Source: Planctomycetota bacterium (GTDB lineage Bacteria > Planctomycetota > Planctomycetia > Pirellulales > UBA1268). Taken from it: DNA of 64,000 bases. The stretch covers positions 15,942 to 79,941 of the forward strand of contig JAPOIM010000007.1 in NCBI GenBank assembly GCA_029978905.1, in the 5' to 3' direction. The position numbers and the translations under genes are program-made. The notes below the pieces were generated by a model that made no database searches, had not been told where the DNA came from, and was given only the letters and a program-made list of their open reading frames with translations. Positions 1-9,196 of the stretch are shown here, in pieces (position 1 is the stretch's first letter; every line of letters starts with the position of its first letter).

Positions 1-604
1 GCTTGCGAATCTCCCGGAGTGCGGTGATGCCATCCATCACGGGCATTTCAACATCGAGAATCACCACATCCGGCACGTGCCTCCGGACACTCTCGATCCC
101 TGCTTGCCCGTTCTCTGCTGTAGCGACAACCTCGATCCCTTGATCTTCCGAGAGCACCTTCGAGAGCAGATTCCGGATCGTGGTGGAGTCGTCCACCACG
201 AGCACACGAACTGCCCCCGGCGACCGCGTGGCCGTTACCGGCCCCAGGCCAAGGGTGGCGATTTCGCGGGTGAGCGCCTCCGCGGTGAATGGCTTGGCGA
301 CGTAGCCATCAACCCCGGCTTCCCTGGCGATCGCGATCCGATCGTGAGCGTGCTCCGTCGAAATCATCAGCAGCTTGCAGGCCTTGTACCGAGGGTCGGC
401 ACGCAGCGTGCGGACAAGGGCAATGCCGTCCATCACCGGCATGTGCCAGTTGATCGTCAGCAAGTCAGGGCGGTCGCCAGTGGCGAGTGCGTCGAGAGCC
501 TCTTGGCCGTTCCCTGCTTCGCTGCACTCAAACTGCAGCTTTCGCAGCACGTTCGTCACGATGCTGCGGACAGGTTTGGAGTCATCAACGACCAGTGCCC
601 GCAC
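1..604 (-). CDS. Tandem-receiver protein, 5' part only. A CheY-like REC with Asn at the phospho-acceptor position is fused in frame to a CheB-type N-terminal REC. The gene continues past the left window edge.
   Basis: The minus frame is open from GTG 604..602 (preceded by GAGAGAGGA) to base 1; I checked for in-frame stops by hand. The translation VRALVVDDSKPVRS...DLLTINWHMPVMDG...GYVAKPFTAEAL is CheY-like. After the linker TLGLGPVTATRSPGA comes VRVLVVDDSTTIRNLL...VVATAENG...DVVILDVEMPVMDGITALREIRK, typical of the CheB receiver. The ORF is absent from the ORF track because it runs off the edge. Confidence 0.8.
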   Translation of the reverse strand, partial: MRALVVDDSKPVRSIVTNVLRKLQFECSEAGNGQEALDALATGDRPDLLTINWHMPVMDGIALVRTLRADPRYKACKLLMISTEHAHDRIAIAREAGVDGYVAKPFTAEALTREIATLGLGPVTATRSPGAVRVLVVDDSTTIRNLLSKVLSEDQGIEVVATAENGQAGIESVRRHVPDVVILDVEMPVMDGITALREIRK

Positions 605-667
605 GTTCCGTCCTCTCTCGACCTCAAGGCGACGTCAGCGGTCTGCGTGGCCCACGATGCCACAACC

Positions 668-2842
668 TCAGGACCGGTACTCGCTGACGAGTTTCTGCAG
701 CCCTTGGGCCATCCGAGAGAGTTCTTGGGACGAGACCTGCGTGTTGGACGCTCCCTCGGCAGTGCTCTGCGCCGCCTGGGCGACCTGTACGATGTTCTCG
801 GCGATCTCTGCCGTGCCCGTCGTGGCCTCCGAGATATTACGGCTAATCTCCGCGGTCGTCACCGACTGTTCTTCAACAGCCGCCGCAATCGTGGTTTGCA
901 GGCTGTCGATGCGGGCAATAACCGAGCCGATTTCCGAAATGGCGGTGACGGCCCGATCGGCGTCGGCCTGCATCGCTTCGATGCGGCTGCCGATGTCTTC
1001 GGTCGCTTTCGCCGTTTCGCGAGCGAGGTCCTTCACTTCGTTGGCCACCACAGCAAAACCCTTGCCCGCTTCGCCCGCACGAGCCGCCTCGATCGTGGCG
1101 TTGAGTGCTAGGAGGTTCGTCTGCTCAGCGATCGTGGTGATCACCTTGACGACTTGGCCGATCTGTTGGCTTGAGACGCCTAGGGCGTTCATCGTTTGGC
1201 TGGTCGAACCAGCCATGTCGACAGCTTGCCGAGCAACGCGGGCCGCTTCTTGCGCGCTGCCGGCGATCTCGTGAATGCTCAGGCCGAGGTTCTCCACCGA
1301 TGAAGACACGCCCTTCGCATTGCCACTGACCTGCTCAGCAGCTGCCGAAACGAGGTTGGCCTGTGCGGTCGTCTCTTCGGCAGCTGCACTCATCTGCTGG
1401 CTGACGCTCGTCAGTTCCTCCGATGCGCTGGCAAGCGCGTGGGTGTTGTCAACGATTCCTTCAACAAGGGTTGCCTGACGGCGGGCTTCCTTGGTGAACC
1501 GCTGTGCGATGGCGGTGGAAACAATCACCACGCCGATCAAGGTGACGACAAACACCGTGATCGCGAAGTTTCGTAGGTTGTTGATCGGACGAAAAACTTC
1601 CGCTTCGTCGATTTCAGAGAGCAGTGCCCAGCGAACCTCCGTGCCCCCTTGGTCGCCGCTGTGAATGGTGACCGGTGTCCATGAGGAGAGCACGCGGGCG
1701 CCCCGGTAATCGATGCCAACCTGCGTGCCCGCGGAGTTGCGGTCGAAGACTTCCTGCACGGGGGCGCTGTCGACACGCACTTCTGGATTGATGATGGTGG
1801 TCTCCACACCAAGGTCTGCTAGGAATCGCGAGTCGGTGCGGAAGAGGCCGTCGGGGCCGACGGCATACGTTTCTCCCGTTTCACCCATGCCCACGGTTTC
1901 TGACACGATCGCGTTCAGCCGGTCGATTGGCAGTTGGAAGATCGCCACACCGATCAACTCCCGCCCGTCGTAGATGGGAGACGCTATGAAACTCGCCGGG
2001 GCGAAGTAGCTCGGTAGGTATTTGCGGAAATCAGCGAAGGTGACGAGGTCCTTCCGCCCGCGGCTCACCGCTTCGGAAAAGGCCGCGCCGATGCTGGTGC
2101 TGGCGAATGATCCGGCACGCAGGGAGGTGGCGAAGTCGATTTCTTTAAAGACGCTGTAGACGATGTTGCCACTTTGGGCATCCACCAGAAAGAGGTCGTA
2201 CAGCCCAAACTTCTGCTGCATGCTGCGCATGATCGGGTGATACGTGGCGTGCGCCTTTGAGTAGTCGGAGCTGTCGTCGGCGTTGTCGAGACGATCCTTG
2301 GAGCCAATGGGATTTTTGTTGGTCGCGAGGTAGAGGTTTTGCAGGACTGCGGCGTTCTCATCGAGCGAATCGACGAGGGATCGTCCTTCAGGGGCTTCCT
2401 GCCCACGCTCACGGAACGCGGCCGCTACGTCGCCGTCGTAAAACGTGATGAGCTGCTGGCGAGCGGCCTCGATCTCCGCCTCAGACATCGCGTCATTGGA
2501 GACGAGGTCCTGCATGCCCCGTGAGAACTCCTGCACGGCTTCGATCGTCATGCGATCTTCCGCAAACACGCGAAGGCTGTTTTCCAGCGAGGCAAAGTAG
2601 CGTTCGACCGATTTTGCCGTGATCGAGCGGACCGTCTCAAGCTGGTTGAGCGCCTGGGCCTCGAGTGCGGTGGAGGCCGAGCTGTATGTGGTCCAGCCCA
2701 TAAAGGCGAGTGGAAGCAGGGCTACTGCCAGCAGGGACAGCAACAGGCGGTTGGCCAAGAGGCCTTTCCAGGACGAACGCGAATCGACCGAGGCTCGCAG
2801 CGAGGCGGGTTTGTTGGCGTCAAACACGTTTGGTTTCTCCAA
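668..2842 (-). CDS. Methyl-accepting chemotaxis protein with a large periplasmic Cache-like sensor
   Basis: 724-aa ORF. It has an N-terminal TM ([18 protein letters not shown]), a periplasmic region of about 390 aa and a second TM ([20 protein letters not shown]). The invariant MCP hairpin follows: [36 protein letters not shown] see no obvious HAMP after TM2. Confidence 0.9.
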   Translation of the reverse strand: MEKPNVFDANKPASLRASVDSRSSWKGLLANRLLLSLLAVALLPLAFMGWTTYSSASTALEAQALNQLETVRSITAKSVERYFASLENSLRVFAEDRMTIEAVQEFSRGMQDLVSNDAMSEAEIEAARQQLITFYDGDVAAAFRERGQEAPEGRSLVDSLDENAAVLQNLYLATNKNPIGSKDRLDNADDSSDYSKAHATYHPIMRSMQQKFGLYDLFLVDAQSGNIVYSVFKEIDFATSLRAGSFASTSIGAAFSEAVSRGRKDLVTFADFRKYLPSYFAPASFIASPIYDGRELIGVAIFQLPIDRLNAIVSETVGMGETGETYAVGPDGLFRTDSRFLADLGVETTIINPEVRVDSAPVQEVFDRNSAGTQVGIDYRGARVLSSWTPVTIHSGDQGGTEVRWALLSEIDEAEVFRPINNLRNFAITVFVVTLIGVVIVSTAIAQRFTKEARRQATLVEGIVDNTHALASASEELTSVSQQMSAAAEETTAQANLVSAAAEQVSGNAKGVSSSVENLGLSIHEIAGSAQEAARVARQAVDMAGSTSQTMNALGVSSQQIGQVVKVITTIAEQTNLLALNATIEAARAGEAGKGFAVVANEVKDLARETAKATEDIGSRIEAMQADADRAVTAISEIGSVIARIDSLQTTIAAAVEEQSVTTAEISRNISEATTGTAEIAENIVQVAQAAQSTAEGASNTQVSSQELSRMAQGLQKLVSEYRS

Positions 2843-2871
2843 TAGATCGCGATCAGGTGGGGTGGGGGCAG

Positions 2872-3381
2872 TTAGGCGGTGGTTGGGCGAGGGCGGGTCG
2901 TCGGACGCAGCACCTGCCGGATATCGAGCAGGTACATGAGGCCGTCATCACTGGCGTAGACCGCCGTGGTGGCGTCGGTGGCGTCGGTCTGCTGCTGAGA
3001 CACAACGGGCTCAAAACGGGCGGCGTCGATCTCGATCACATCGAGGATCTCGTCGACGAGGAGACTGGACCACTCCTCCGTGGCCTGCAGCACGAGATGC
3101 ACCGTTGCTGTCGGCCGGCCAGACGCGCTCTCCGTTGAGGGCAGGCCGAGACGGCGTCGCAGATCGATCACGGGCACGATCCGGCCCCGAAGGTTCAGGA
3201 GGCCTGCCAGCGACTCCGGAGCGCGGGGCACCTTGTTGACGCGGCCATCCCGCAGCACCTCTGCCACGTCTGTCGCAGGGACAACAAACTTCCGTCCTGC
3301 CACGAGAAACGCGGCATAGCGACCGACCCCGGTGTGGGGCGGCGGGGTGATGGTGTCTGAGGCATGCGGGGAGGGATGCAT
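2872..3381 (-). CDS. cheW: CheW coupling protein
   Basis: 169 aa with the CheW core [11 protein letters not shown]...[30 protein letters not shown]. It starts 9 nt after the cheA stop. Confidence 0.9.
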   Translation of the reverse strand: MHPSPHASDTITPPPHTGVGRYAAFLVAGRKFVVPATDVAEVLRDGRVNKVPRAPESLAGLLNLRGRIVPVIDLRRRLGLPSTESASGRPTATVHLVLQATEEWSSLLVDEILDVIEIDAARFEPVVSQQQTDATDATTAVYASDDGLMYLLDIRQVLRPTTRPRPTTA

Positions 3382-3390
3382 TGGGAGACG

Positions 3391-5865
3391 TTAGGTGGTG
3401 AGGGCTTGGGTGATGGGCGTCGAGGTGTCGCCGAGAATGTCAAGCAGTTCTGCAGCCTGTCCGGCCACCTCGACCATGCGGCGTTCCCAGCGGCGTGCCC
3501 CCCACGAGGTGCCTTGGAGATCATCAACCGTATCGAGGGAGACCGGTGGCGTGTCCGGCATCGCGACGTCAAGAATCTCGTCAACGACGAGCCCAATCGG
3601 GCCGGACGACGTGTTGAGGACAACGGCCTGCACCTGTCCGACGCCGATGGGCCTGGTGGTGCCGCTGAGAAAATCATCGAGGTCGACCAGCGGCAGAAAA
3701 CTTCCTGCGTGCCGCACGACGGAACGATCGGTGGTCTGCTCGACCGCCTTCTCGGCAAACCGTTCGAGTCTGGAAACCTTGCGTGCGGGGAGGGCCACGC
3801 GACGACCGTGTCGGGATCGGCAGACGACGACCGGCGCGAGCACCGAGTCGCCGGTGGTTGCGTCGGCGACATCTCCCAGCGGGGAAGCCGGGATGTCTGC
3901 TTGGTGGGTCCGCTGCAGGCGTTCGGGAATGTCCGCGGCGCGGGCGATCCCACGCAAGTCGAGGATCAGGGTCACGCCCCCGTCGCCCATGACCGTGGCC
4001 CCGGCGTAGAGCCCTATGGGCGCGACGAGAGAGCCGGCGGGTTTCACCACGATTGTCGTGAGCCCGGCGGCTTCCGTGCTGCCGGCGGCAGACTGCATGT
4101 CGTCCACGATCACGCCAAACTCATGGTCGTCGACCTCCACACGCACGACCGTGCCCCCATGGTGGAGCGTCTCCGCAGACGGGTCGTCATCTGGTTCGAG
4201 CCCGAGCAGTTTTGAGAGGGAAACCACGGGGAGCAGTTCACCGCGGAGTCGGATCACCGGTGCGGTTTCAAGGCCCTCGATCACCGCGCCTCGCCGCTCT
4301 CCGGCGGCCGAAAGGCTGGCGTCGCCTTCCCTCCTGGCCAGAGGCACCAGTTCACACACCGAGGCCTGCGGGATCGCGAGTCGTTGGGGACCGCACTTCA
4401 CGATCAGGGCGGGGATGATGGCGAGCGTCAGCGGAATCCGCACCCGGATGGTCGTGCCTTTGCCGGGGGTGCTGCGGACATCCACCGTGCCGCCAATCGC
4501 CTCAATGTTGGTTTTCACCACATCCATGCCGACGCCGCGGCCGGAGACGTCGGTGACGGTGGCCGCGGTCGAGAAGCCGGGCTCGAAGATGTATTGCAGG
4601 ACCTCGTCGTCCGAGAGCCGCTCTGCGGTCGCTGAGTCTACGAGTCCTCGTGCAACAGCCTTACGGCGGATCGCGTCTACGGGGATGCCGCGGCCGTCGT
4701 CGCGGACCTCCACTGTGACCTGGCCGCTCTCGTGGAACGCTCGCAGGGAGAGCAGACCCGCCGATGGCTTGCCGAGTTTCACCCGCTCTGACGGCGGCTC
4801 GATCCCATGATCCACGGCGTTGCGGACGAGGTGGGTCAGGGGATCGCGAATGCTCTCGATGAGCGTGCGGTCGAGTTCGGTTTCGGCCCCATCGATCTCG
4901 AGACGGACGTCTTTTCCGCAGGATACGGAGAGGTCGCGAACCACTCGCGGAAACCTGCTGAAGACCTGGGCAATCGGCTGCATGCGGGTCTTCATCGCCG
5001 TTTCTTGCAGCGATGAGGTCACCGCATGCACGCGGCGCACCGCATCTTGCACCTGCGGGATATCCGCCGCGGCAAGCCGCAGCTGATTGCGGGCCAACAC
5101 GAGCTCACCGACGAGGTCGAGGATCGATCCCAGCAAGCCCACGTCCACCCGGACACTCGACTCGGCTGCAGAGGGGGGCGCTTTGGCGGAGGTGCCGCCG
5201 CTGTCAGCCGCCACATTCGGGTTCGCTTCAACAGTGGTCGGGGGCGGTGGTGGAACGCTCGACGCGGTCTCGCTCGCAGGCTCGGCTGGCGCCTCAATCG
5301 GAGCGGTAGCAGCGGCAGGGGCGGGCGGCGGTGGGACACTCTTCTCCACGCTGGGTTTTGGTGGGATCGCCAGCCGCTCAACTTTGACTTCCGAGGCGGG
5401 GGTGTCCTGGGCGCGCGGAGACGGGGCAGCCACACTCTGTCCGGCAGATCGTGGACGCATCCCGGATGGAGGCGCAGGTTCACGTCCCTCCGACATCGCT
5501 GCGATCGCATCTGAGAGCTCGCGGAAATCAGAGAGCCCCTCGTCTCCGGTCTCTTCGATATTTCGCAGGATCGCTCGCACCGCATCGACCATCGAGAGCA
5601 GGGTGCCCGCAATTTCCTCATTGAGTCGGATGGTGCCGTCCCGCAATCGGCCAAGCAGGTGCTCGCCACTGTGGGCCAGGGCCCCAAGCTTCGAGAACCC
5701 AAAGAAGCCGCTGGTGCCTTTGATGGTGTGCACCGTGCGGAAAATGCTGGCAAGGCGATCCGGGTCGTCAGGCGTCGCTTCGAGCGCAACGAGATCGCGA
5801 TCGAGTTGGTCGAGGTTTTCGCTCGACTCCACCAGGAACTCCTGAACAAACTCGCGGTTGTCCAT
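3391..5865 (-). CDS. cheA: Chemotaxis histidine kinase CheA (HPt, Pro/Ala-rich linker, dimerisation, HATPase, two CheW-like domains)
   Basis: I trimmed track ORF 3391..6144 to the ATG at 5865, where the HPt domain begins (MDNREFVQEF...RTVHTIKGTSGF). Kinase motifs are DPLTHLVRNAVDHGIE, VRDDGRGI and SGRGVGMDVV. Two CheW-like modules follow (IPQASVCELV... and VALPARKVSRLERF...GLVVDEILDV). Confidence 0.9.
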   Translation of the reverse strand: MDNREFVQEFLVESSENLDQLDRDLVALEATPDDPDRLASIFRTVHTIKGTSGFFGFSKLGALAHSGEHLLGRLRDGTIRLNEEIAGTLLSMVDAVRAILRNIEETGDEGLSDFRELSDAIAAMSEGREPAPPSGMRPRSAGQSVAAPSPRAQDTPASEVKVERLAIPPKPSVEKSVPPPPAPAAATAPIEAPAEPASETASSVPPPPPTTVEANPNVAADSGGTSAKAPPSAAESSVRVDVGLLGSILDLVGELVLARNQLRLAAADIPQVQDAVRRVHAVTSSLQETAMKTRMQPIAQVFSRFPRVVRDLSVSCGKDVRLEIDGAETELDRTLIESIRDPLTHLVRNAVDHGIEPPSERVKLGKPSAGLLSLRAFHESGQVTVEVRDDGRGIPVDAIRRKAVARGLVDSATAERLSDDEVLQYIFEPGFSTAATVTDVSGRGVGMDVVKTNIEAIGGTVDVRSTPGKGTTIRVRIPLTLAIIPALIVKCGPQRLAIPQASVCELVPLARREGDASLSAAGERRGAVIEGLETAPVIRLRGELLPVVSLSKLLGLEPDDDPSAETLHHGGTVVRVEVDDHEFGVIVDDMQSAAGSTEAAGLTTIVVKPAGSLVAPIGLYAGATVMGDGGVTLILDLRGIARAADIPERLQRTHQADIPASPLGDVADATTGDSVLAPVVVCRSRHGRRVALPARKVSRLERFAEKAVEQTTDRSVVRHAGSFLPLVDLDDFLSGTTRPIGVGQVQAVVLNTSSGPIGLVVDEILDVAMPDTPPVSLDTVDDLQGTSWGARRWERRMVEVAGQAAELLDILGDTSTPITQALTT

Positions 5866-6056
5866 CGCGCGTACTCTGTCTCGGCTCGGTGCGGACCCCC
5901 CGCAAACTCTTCCCAAGCATACCTCGTGAAAAGTGGCGAGGCTTTGTGGGTGGCGCCTGTGGGAAGGGACACTCCAGGGCGGCCCGTTGGAGTGTGGTCC
6001 GGCGCCTGGTAGGCTCCGCTCGTGGAGTCTCGATACATCTCTCGGAGGTCTTTGCC

Positions 6057-6641
<585 letters not shown>

Positions 6642-6670
6642 TCACCGACCTCGCTCGGCGGAGGAGAGCA

Positions 6671-6940
6671 CTAGCGAGCAGCGTCGCCTGATTGGCCAGC
6701 GTTGGGGACCGGGCCTCGGCCTGCGAGTTTGCCAATCTCGCGGGTCTCGTCAGGCTCAAGGCGGCTCGCGCGAAGATTCTCTCGCTGGATCGCCTCGTAG
6801 ACCTCTTGCCGGTGGACAGGAACCTCCGCTGGAGCATTGATGCCCAGGCGAACTTTGTCTCCCCGGATGTCCACAATCGTGACAACAATGCTGTCGCCGA
6901 TCATGATGCTTTCATCACGTTGTCTGGAGAGTACGAGCAT
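6671..6940 (-). CDS. csrA: Carbon storage regulator CsrA (89 aa, with a C-terminal extension)
   Basis: MLVLSRQRDESIMIGDSIVVTIVDIRGDKVRLGINAPAEVPVHRQEVYEAIQRENL is near-canonical CsrA. I chose ATG 6940 rather than the ORF opening at 7000. Confidence 0.9.
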   Translation of the reverse strand: MLVLSRQRDESIMIGDSIVVTIVDIRGDKVRLGINAPAEVPVHRQEVYEAIQRENLRASRLEPDETREIGKLAGRGPVPNAGQSGDAAR

Positions 6941-7006
6941 CGGTGGTTCCTTCCTAACCTTTCCTGCGTGTGGCGAGCCGGCCATGGGACGCCGCCACAC
7001 TGTTTA
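6941..7006 (-). promoter_or_regulatory. fliW-csrA spacer: a hairpin plus three GGA motifs that cover the csrA ribosome-binding region
   Basis: The minus strand reads TAATAAACAGTGTGGCGGCGTCCCATGGCCGGCTCGCCACACGCAGGAAAGGTTAGGAAGGAACCACCGATG. An 8-bp stem pairs GTGTGGCG with CGCCACAC (6968-6975 with 6993-7000). GGA motifs lie at 6948-50, 6952-54 and 6962-64, within 25 nt of the ATG. Confidence 0.35.
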
Positions 7007-7447
7007 TTATGCACTCTTTTTGAAGTGTGAACGCCGTCCGACAAGCTCATAACGCATGGGCAGGTCGCCGCTCGCAACGACTTGGCGGCCTGTACGGGCT
7101 TCAACGTTAATAACGATTGGAGCCTTGAGGTTCAGCGTGAGCGTCTCGGTGTGTTGAGCCACGATCACCAGCAGCTGCGCGTCGCGAAGATCGCGCATGG
7201 CAAGCGGACTCAGTTCGCTGCGAGGGATGCGGACTTGGTAGTCGGGCACGAACCTCCGCGGGCTCACAACGGCCAAGGCGACGTCGCTGCGGGAGGTTGC
7301 CTGGAGCCAGCCCAGGGCCCCGTTGCTGGCATCCGCGAGCAAGGCCCATCGTTGGCAGTCTTCCAGGCCGGGCAGTCCGCTGGCAAAATGCAGCAGGTCC
7401 CCCGTTTCAATATCGATGCGTCCGAACCGCGTAGTGTTGATTCGCAT
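7007..7447 (-). CDS. fliW: Flagellar assembly factor FliW (CsrA antagonist)
   Basis: MRINTTRFGRIDIETGDLLHFASGLPGLEDCQRWALL resembles FliW N-termini. ATG 7447 is preceded by AAGGAG. The gene ends in a double stop (TAATAA) and lies directly upstream of csrA. Confidence 0.85.
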   Translation of the reverse strand: MRINTTRFGRIDIETGDLLHFASGLPGLEDCQRWALLADASNGALGWLQATSRSDVALAVVSPRRFVPDYQVRIPRSELSPLAMRDLRDAQLLVIVAQHTETLTLNLKAPIVINVEARTGRQVVASGDLPMRYELVGRRSHFKKSA

Positions 7448-7489
7448 GGTTGCTGGCACTCCTTTGCCGGATCTCCATCGCCGAATCCG

Positions 7490-7509
7490 CCGGAGAGGAT
7501 GCTCTCCGG
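7490..7509 (-). promoter_or_regulatory. Perfect 8-bp hairpin in the fliW 5' leader
   Basis: CCGGAGAG-(4 nt)-CTCTCCGG lies 43-62 nt upstream of the fliW ATG. No U-tract follows, so it is not a canonical terminator. Confidence 0.3.
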
Positions 7510-7704
7510 TTGGAGACGGGTGTCCCTACGAAGTTCTTCGGACGAACGGCGGTAGATTTCCTTCGTGATGGAACGGTCGTTCCACACATAACCTGATCGG
7601 ATCACTCGGAGGTTCTCGTGGAGCGAAAACGATTGGTGAATCGAGAGAATGTTCGTCATGGTTTCCGGTGGCGCGGAGCTTTCCGATTGCGCGAGCGCTC
7701 CGGG

Positions 7705-8046
7705 GTGCGTGCAACCGAATTCACCTCGCCCAGGAGTGAGCGTCGATGGGGGCTGCCCCTCGTGGTGCTTCTCGGCCTGTCGGCGGCGTCCTGCGCCGAC
7801 TACGAGAGTGACTACAAGCAGAGCGTGGATGGGTATCTCAGCGGCCAGCCCAAGGCGACGGCGGCACCAGCCGGAGGAGAGGCTGCTCCCACGGCCGCAC
7901 CCAGCGGCGGAAGTGGTGGCAGTCAGCCTATGTCGTATGGCAGTGGCTCTGCCACAGGAAGCGGCTCGTCGGCGGGAAGTGGGTCGACGGAAGGATTCCA
8001 AACCATCGGCTCGGGGGCCTCAGGGGTCATCCTGCCAGGTGGTTGA
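7705..8046 (+). CDS. Putative small lipoprotein with a Gly/Ser/Ala-rich tail
   Basis: An in-frame GTG at 7705 gives VRATEFTSPRSERRWGLPLVVLLGLSAASC-ADYES. That is a signal peptide with a lipobox-like AASC, followed by low complexity. The ORF opens at 7618, so the start is uncertain. Confidence 0.45.
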   Translation: MRATEFTSPRSERRWGLPLVVLLGLSAASCADYESDYKQSVDGYLSGQPKATAAPAGGEAAPTAAPSGGSGGSQPMSYGSGSATGSGSSAGSGSTEGFQTIGSGASGVILPGG

Positions 8047-8049
8047 GGC

Positions 8050-8089
8050 CCACATCGGCTGCGCCTTACTGCCACATCGGCTGCGCCTT
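8050..8089. repeat. 18-nt perfect direct repeat (period 22 nt) straddling the LptF/G stop codon
   Basis: CCACATCGGCTGCGCCTT occurs at 8050-8067 and again at 8072-8089, separated by ACTG. Confidence 0.9.
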
Positions 8090-9196
8090 CCAGGCCGCCA
8101 AGGGGGCCAGGAGGATCACCGGGAGCCAGGCGCCGAGCGAGGGGCTGAGGACGTAACTCGTGGCGAGGGCGTGGCACGCAAGAGTGGTCAGGAGGAAGAC
8201 CGCCGTGAGGACGACCGAGAGCCCGACCGCAACGAAGACTCCCTTGCGGCTTGGGCCGACGACCAGCGGGAGGCCGAGGATCGCCAGGGAGAGGTCGAGG
8301 AAGGGCTGCACAATGCGGGCGTGCACGCGGAGTGGCACGTCGGCCGTGACACCAATGGCGGGGTTGCCGATCGCGCGAACCAGTTCCGGCGTGGAGGAGT
8401 ACAGACTCCAGTTGCTGGATCCGACAAGTTGCTCGAAGCTCACATCGCTGGCGATAAAGCAGGCTCCCGGTGCGAGCCAGGGATGCTCGAGGTGGGTGTA
8501 GATCACGGGCACACCCCCGAGTGTGAGGCTGGGAATCGTGTCGATCGCCGCGGGCTCGCTCACGGTGCGGAGTAAGTAGCCGGCGGGGTGGTCGGCATCG
8601 GCGGCGAGCCAGAGGGCTTCAGCTGCATCGACCTGTGCCGAAAAGCCAGCCATGGATGGGGGCAAGAGCAGGCTCGGGTCGAGGATCAGTTGGTCACTCC
8701 TCCGCCACTGCCGCCCTCGGTAGAGAATTTCTGTGCGGTGGTCGTAGCGAGCTTCAAATGGTTGCCATGCAGCGCCACCAAGGTCTTGGGCGTTGCGTTC
8801 GAGCGTTTGGCGGATGTTGGGCAGCACGAGCTCTCGGTTTGTGGCGGCCACCAAGGCCACGCAGCCCGCGAAGACGATCGCGGGGCGGGCGATCCGCCAG
8901 CGTGTGACGCCGGCAGCGAGGAGCGCGGTGAGCTCGTTGTGCCGCTCCAGCCACGACAGGGCAAACATCGCGCTGGCCAACGCAATCACACCGCTGGTGG
9001 CATCAAAGAACGAAATCAGGCGATAGCCGTAGTAACGGCCGAGGACTTTCCAGAGTCCGCCGCCATCGGGCGCGTGGGCAATGAACTCTTCGATGTTGTT
9101 GAAAGCGTCGACAACGAACGTCAGCCCTGCGAGACTGACAAACACAATCAGAAACGAGTTGGCCTGCGCCTTCGTGATGTAACGGTCAATGAGCAC
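8066..9196 (-). CDS. LptF/LptG (YjgP/YjgQ) family LPS export permease
   Basis: 376 aa with several hydrophobic segments. The N-terminus MLIDRYITKAQANSFLIVFVSLAGLTFVVD and the central soluble domain are typical of this family. Confidence 0.8.
   Translation of the reverse strand: MLIDRYITKAQANSFLIVFVSLAGLTFVVDAFNNIEEFIAHAPDGGGLWKVLGRYYGYRLISFFDATSGVIALASAMFALSWLERHNELTALLAAGVTRWRIARPAIVFAGCVALVAATNRELVLPNIRQTLERNAQDLGGAAWQPFEARYDHRTEILYRGRQWRRSDQLILDPSLLLPPSMAGFSAQVDAAEALWLAADADHPAGYLLRTVSEPAAIDTIPSLTLGGVPVIYTHLEHPWLAPGACFIASDVSFEQLVGSSNWSLYSSTPELVRAIGNPAIGVTADVPLRVHARIVQPFLDLSLAILGLPLVVGPSRKGVFVAVGLSVVLTAVFLLTTLACHALATSYVLSPSLGAWLPVILLAPLAAWKAQPMWQ

Noticed and set aside
77-1274. Long plus-strand ORFs (77..1111, 375..1274) overlapping the receiver and MCP genes
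   Set aside because: They are antisense shadow ORFs, typical of high-GC DNA. Their translations are Arg/Ala/Pro-rich with no motifs, while the minus strand gives textbook CheY/CheB and MCP sequences.
5969-5995. 8-bp inverted repeat ACACTCCA-(11 nt)-TGGAGTGT between the divergent cheA and thioredoxin-like genes
   Set aside because: It is a possible operator, but a single 8-bp stem in a 190-nt GC-rich spacer is not distinguishable from chance without comparative data.
7264-8001. 245-codon minus-strand ORF (contains MTNILSIHQSFSLHENLRVIRSGYVW...) upstream of and overlapping fliW
   Set aside because: It overlaps fliW out of frame for about 180 nt, matches no family, and its 5' part is antisense to the lipoprotein gene. 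I treat it as leader plus shadow frame.
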